Source: Anthoceros angustus
Lineage: Eukaryota > Plantae > Anthocerotophyta
Assembly: GCA_010909165.1 (NCBI GenBank)
Contig: MU008163.1
Coordinates: forward strand, 1,302,001 to 1,366,000
Length of the DNA: 64,000 nucleotides
Direction: 5' to 3'
The notes under the pieces are model-generated. The model did no database searches. It was not told the DNA's origin and worked only from the letters and a program-made list of their open reading frames with translations. Numbering within the stretch: position 1 is the first letter of the stretch; every line of letters begins with the position of its first letter. A program made the position numbers and the translations under genes. Positions 59,820 to 64,000 of the stretch are shown here, one piece after another.

Positions 59820-62800
59820 CCTTCAAATCAAGCAAGGGTGCTAGACCAATTGAATTCCAAGCACTCGCTCAAGGTCAAGGAGGTCTTGGATAAATATCTG
59901 GAGGCAGACATCATCTTCCCAATCGTAAACAGCGAATGGGTAGCGCCCATTGTCGTCGTGCCCAAGAAACAACAAGGACAGATCTGTGTCTGTCAGGATT
60001 GGAGGAAACTCAACGCCGCCACCGAGAAGGACCATTTTCCCATGCCCTTCGTGGACGACATACTGGACAAGGTGGCAGGACGGAGTACTTATTCCTTCTT
60101 GGATGGATACTCCGGCTACAACCAACTGCACCTAAGGGAGTCGGACTGCGATAAGACAACGCTCACCACGGGGAACGCTGGCCTAAGCGGCGCCGGATGA
60201 CAGGAGCACCCGGGTCATTCATGCGGATGGTGACTAACGTCTTCAGGGATTTTCTGAGGGACTTCATGGAGGTATTCCTGGATGACTTCTGTGTACGTGG
60301 AGAGGAAGACAAGCACGTTGGGCACCTGCGGAAGTGCTTGGAGCGTTGTAAGGAAACTCAGCAGTGTCTACATCCGGAGAAATGCTACTTTGGAATGACG
60401 GAAGGAATCCTGCTGGGACATCGTGTGTCGGCGCGAGGGATAGAGGTGGACCAAGATAAGGTCAGGGTCATTCAGTCCCTGCAGCCGCCCACGAATCTGA
60501 AGGAACTGCGGGGATTCCTCGGCATGGTAGGTTATTACAGGCGGTTCATTCAGGACTTCGCAAAGAGGGCCGCCAAGCTAACGGAGTTACTCAGGAAGGA
60601 GGAGGAGTGGACCTGGACACCAGAAAGGAACGCGGCATTCAGAGATCTACAGACCACCCTGATAAGCGCTCCGGTATTAAAAGGTCCGGACTGGAGTAAG
60701 CGGTTCCATGTGTATGTAGACGTGTCGGCCTTCGCCATCGGAGTGGTGCTCAGTCAAAAGGACGACAAGCGGAGGGATCATCCAATCTACTATGCTGGAA
60801 GACAGCTCACGCATGCGGAAGTACACTACTACGGAGCGAGAGGCGTTGGGAATGGTATACGCGGTCAAGAAATTCAGACACTATCTTCTGCCCAACGAGT
60901 TTGTGTTCTATGTCGATCACTTCGTGCTCAAGCATCTGGTGAATAAGGCAGACCTGTCCGCAATTGCGAGGTGGATTCTGCTGCTCCAGGAGTTCACCTT
61001 TGAGGTGGAGACCCGGCAAGGGAGGGAACACCAAAATGCTGACTTCTTATCCAGGTTGAAGACGGAGCCGACCCTGCGGGATCAGGAGGATGACTTTCCG
61101 GACGAGGAATTGGTGGCAGCAGTGGGGACACAGGAGGAGGAGCGCAGTCTAAAGAACCCCAAACTTGTGGATGCAGAATCAGAGCGGAGAAGGGAGCGAC
61201 GAGAGGACGGCCCACCCATGAGTTGGAACTGCACTGTGGGAGATGGAGATTCCAAAGGAGTTAAACTGCCCAACAACAGCCTTCAGACACTACGCCGCCC
61301 TTCAGATGTACAATGGATGTATCTTTAAGGTGGGACCCCACGGTGGAGCGAGGTACCTTCAACAAAGTAAACAGAGGTAGTCATAAAAGGGATGCATGAA
61401 GGCTGGGCGGTGGTCATTATAAAGATGTGTCACCACCAAGAAAATCTTGAGGCGGATCGGTGGCCCACCATGTATGGAAACGCACGCTTTGTAAAAGATG
61501 TGATGCTTGTCAGCGGATCGGGAAGCCGACCCCCACGACGCAATGGCCGCTGGTGCCCATACTCGCACTAGCACCGTTTGAGAAATGGGGTATCGACTTC
61601 GTCGGACCTATACAGCCTACGACGAAGCACACACAGAAGAGGTACATCCTGGTGGCAACGGACTACTGTACCCGGTGGGTGGAGGCGGCGGCAACAAGGA
61701 CGGACTCTGCAAGCACCGTGGCAAAGTTCCTCTATGAGAACATCATCACGCGGTATGGGTGCACGTTGCAGTTGGTAAGTGATAGGGGAACTCATTTCCT
61801 CAATGATGTGATAACTGCAATGACGGACTATTTCGGTATAAACCATCGCAAGATGGCTCCATACAACCCGAAGGCCAATGGGTTAACGGAGAAGACTAAC
61901 GGACTTATGTGTCGCATCCTGAATAAGCTCACGATTAACTATGCGCACGATCGATACTAAGCTACCATCCGCTATGGGCCTTCGTGACGGAGAAGGTAAC
62001 TACGCAACGAACTCAGACATTTAACCTATGGGCATTCGCCGTTATGCCCGTGGAGTTTGAGGTACCAACGCTCCGAGTCATGATGGAGGGACGCTTAATG
62101 ATGAAGAAAGCCAACCGAGCGAGGGTTTGTCCAAGATACCTAAAGGCGGAGGAGGCGCAAAGACAATGCAATCGGTACAAAACCGGCGGAAGCTATGGCA
62201 TCACCGCGACCCGCAAGGTGGAGTATGTGAAGGAGGGAGATCTAGCCCTTCTTTCTGACGATCGCCATATGCACTTCCCGGCAAGGGAGGCAACACCAAA
62301 ATCGACTATCCAGTTGAAGGCGGGCCGACCACTGGGATCGGAGGATGACTTTCCGGACGAGGAATTGGTGGCAGCAGTGGAGACACAGGAGGAGGAGCGC
62401 AGTCTGAAGAACCCCAAACTTGTGGACAGCGCAACCGTAGCAGAAGCGGAGAAGGGGAGCGGACGTAGAGGACGGCCCACCTATGCGGAGCTGGAACGGT
62501 ACCTGTGGGAGATGGAGATTCCAAAGGAGTTAAACCGTGCCCAACAACAGGCCTTCGTACATTACGCTCGGCCCTTCAGGATGTACAATGGATGTATCTT
62601 TAAGGTGGGACCGGACGGTGTGGAGCGTAGGTACCTTCAACAGGCAGAAACAGAGATAGTCATAAAAGGGATGCACGAAGGCCTGGGCGGTGGTCATTAT
62701 GTTGCACAGGTCACCACCAAGAAAATCTTGGAGGCCGGATACTGGTGGCCCACCATGTATGGCGAAACGCACCAGTTTGTAAAAAGATGTGATGCTTGTC

Positions 62801-63690
62801 AGCGGATCGGGAAGCCGACCCCCACGATGCAATGGCCGCTGGTGCCCATACTCGCACTAGCACCGTTTGAGAAATGGGGAATCGACTTCGTCGGACCTAT
62901 CTGACCTGACGACACACATAGAAGAGGTACATCCTGGTGGCAACGGACTAATGCGGTGGGTGGAGGCGGCGGCAACAAGGACGGACTCTGCAAGTACAGT
63001 GGCAAAGTTCCTCTATGAGAACATCATCACGCGGTATGGGTGCACGTTGCAGTTGGTAAGTGATAGGGGAACTCATTTCCTCAATGATGTGATAACTGCA
63101 ATGACGGACTATTTCGGTATAAACCATCGCAAGATGGCTCCATACAACCCGAAGGCCAATGGGTTAACGGAGAAGACTAACGGACTTATGTGTCGCATCC
63201 TGAATAAGCTCACGATTAACTATGCGCACGACTGGGATACTAAGCTACCATCCGCGCTATGGGCCTTCAGGACGGCGGAGAAGGTAACTACGCAACGAAC
63301 TTCGTATTACTTAACCTATGGACACTCGCCGGTTATGCCCGTGGAGTTTGAGGTACCAACGCTCCGAGTCATGATGGAGGGACGCTTAATGATGAAGAAA
63401 GCCAGCTGGGCGGCTAGGGTTTGTCCGGCCTCGAGGAGGAGGAGGCGCAGATGTAATGCAATCGGTACAAAACCAGCGGAAGCTATGGCACGACCGGCGA
63501 CTCCATAGCGGGAGTATGTGAAGGAGGGATCTAGCCCTTCTTTCTGACGATCGCCATATGCACTTCCGGGCAAGCTTCACTTACGATGGATGGGCCTTAC
63601 CGGTAGTGCGGTCTCGAATGGGTCCGTTCGACTCCGTGATTAGATGGTGAATCGCTGCCCACAAATGGGTGGTGAAGAAGTATCATGCTT
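59820..63690 (+). mobile_element. Degenerate Ty3/Gypsy (Athila/Tat-like) pol: RT, RNase H, integrase; 5' truncated, integrase region duplicated
   Basis: EWVAPIVVVPKK, DWRKLNAATEKDHFPMPF, FLDGYSGYNQ, VFLDD; YVDVSAFAIGVVLSQ, YTTTEREAL; GHY...CDACQ, WGIDFVGP, VSDRGTHF, YNPKANGLTE; GPY-like tail near 63580. Order RT-RH-INT; many frameshifts; no gag, protease or LTR seen. Confidence 0.93.
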
Positions 63691-64000
63691 AGTGTTGGCG
63701 AGACGCCAATGTATGAGAAGGGAGTATGTGGACAGCGGACTCCTTGGGGTTGGGAAATAAGCGGGGTTTGTTTTTTTCGTAGGTATGGAGTGTAAAATAA
63801 GGCGGAAAAGGAGGAATAAGCACGGACTCAGACTCGATGCTCGAGTACCGACTCCGGTAGGTAACGGACCCCGGTGCCACTCAAGGACCCCGAACACGCA
63901 ATGAGATCGGATAAGTCCGGACCCCACTCCGGGTCCGAATGGGATAAGTATGCCCAGTAAGGTAATTTAGAAGTTGGGGCGTGAGTTAGACAGAGCGGCG

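Noticed and set aside
63690-64000. 3' LTR and polypurine tract of the Gypsy element
   Set aside because: No clear PPT-TG junction and no matching 5' LTR within the window.

Overview
Gene-dense, GC-rich eukaryotic DNA with short (about 70-160 bp) GT-AG introns, most consistent with a non-seed land plant; the lineage is inferred and not resolved. Recognisable spliced genes: nucleotide-diphospho-sugar transferase, RING-CH E3 ligase, tail-anchored coiled-coil protein, bark-storage-protein/MTA-nucleosidase-like protein, ABCI20-like ATPase, At1g16080-like Rossmann-fold protein, TIR1/AFB auxin receptor, TRM61, RluA-type pseudouridine synthase, PME31-like pectinesterase, Tim17/22/23 family protein, UPF0426 protein and a class III peroxidase. 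Also present are intronless Exo70G-like and PLS-E+ PPR genes, a U6 snRNA gene, a tRNA-Cys(GCA) gene and a decayed Ty3/Gypsy pol. The standout is two AT-rich islands (about 39.7-42.4 kb and 55.4-59.8 kb), each carrying an intact, intronless, kinase-domain-only Haspin-like gene. The two are in opposite orientation and share upstream DNA; one keeps DFG and the other has GFG. The window also has many near-perfect tandem duplications, including an exact one-PLS-triplet duplication inside the PPR gene. Repeated 1-bp losses in homopolymer runs suggest long-read assembly errors, so frameshifts here should not be taken at face value. Family names come from remembered motifs, not database searches; exon boundaries are approximate.
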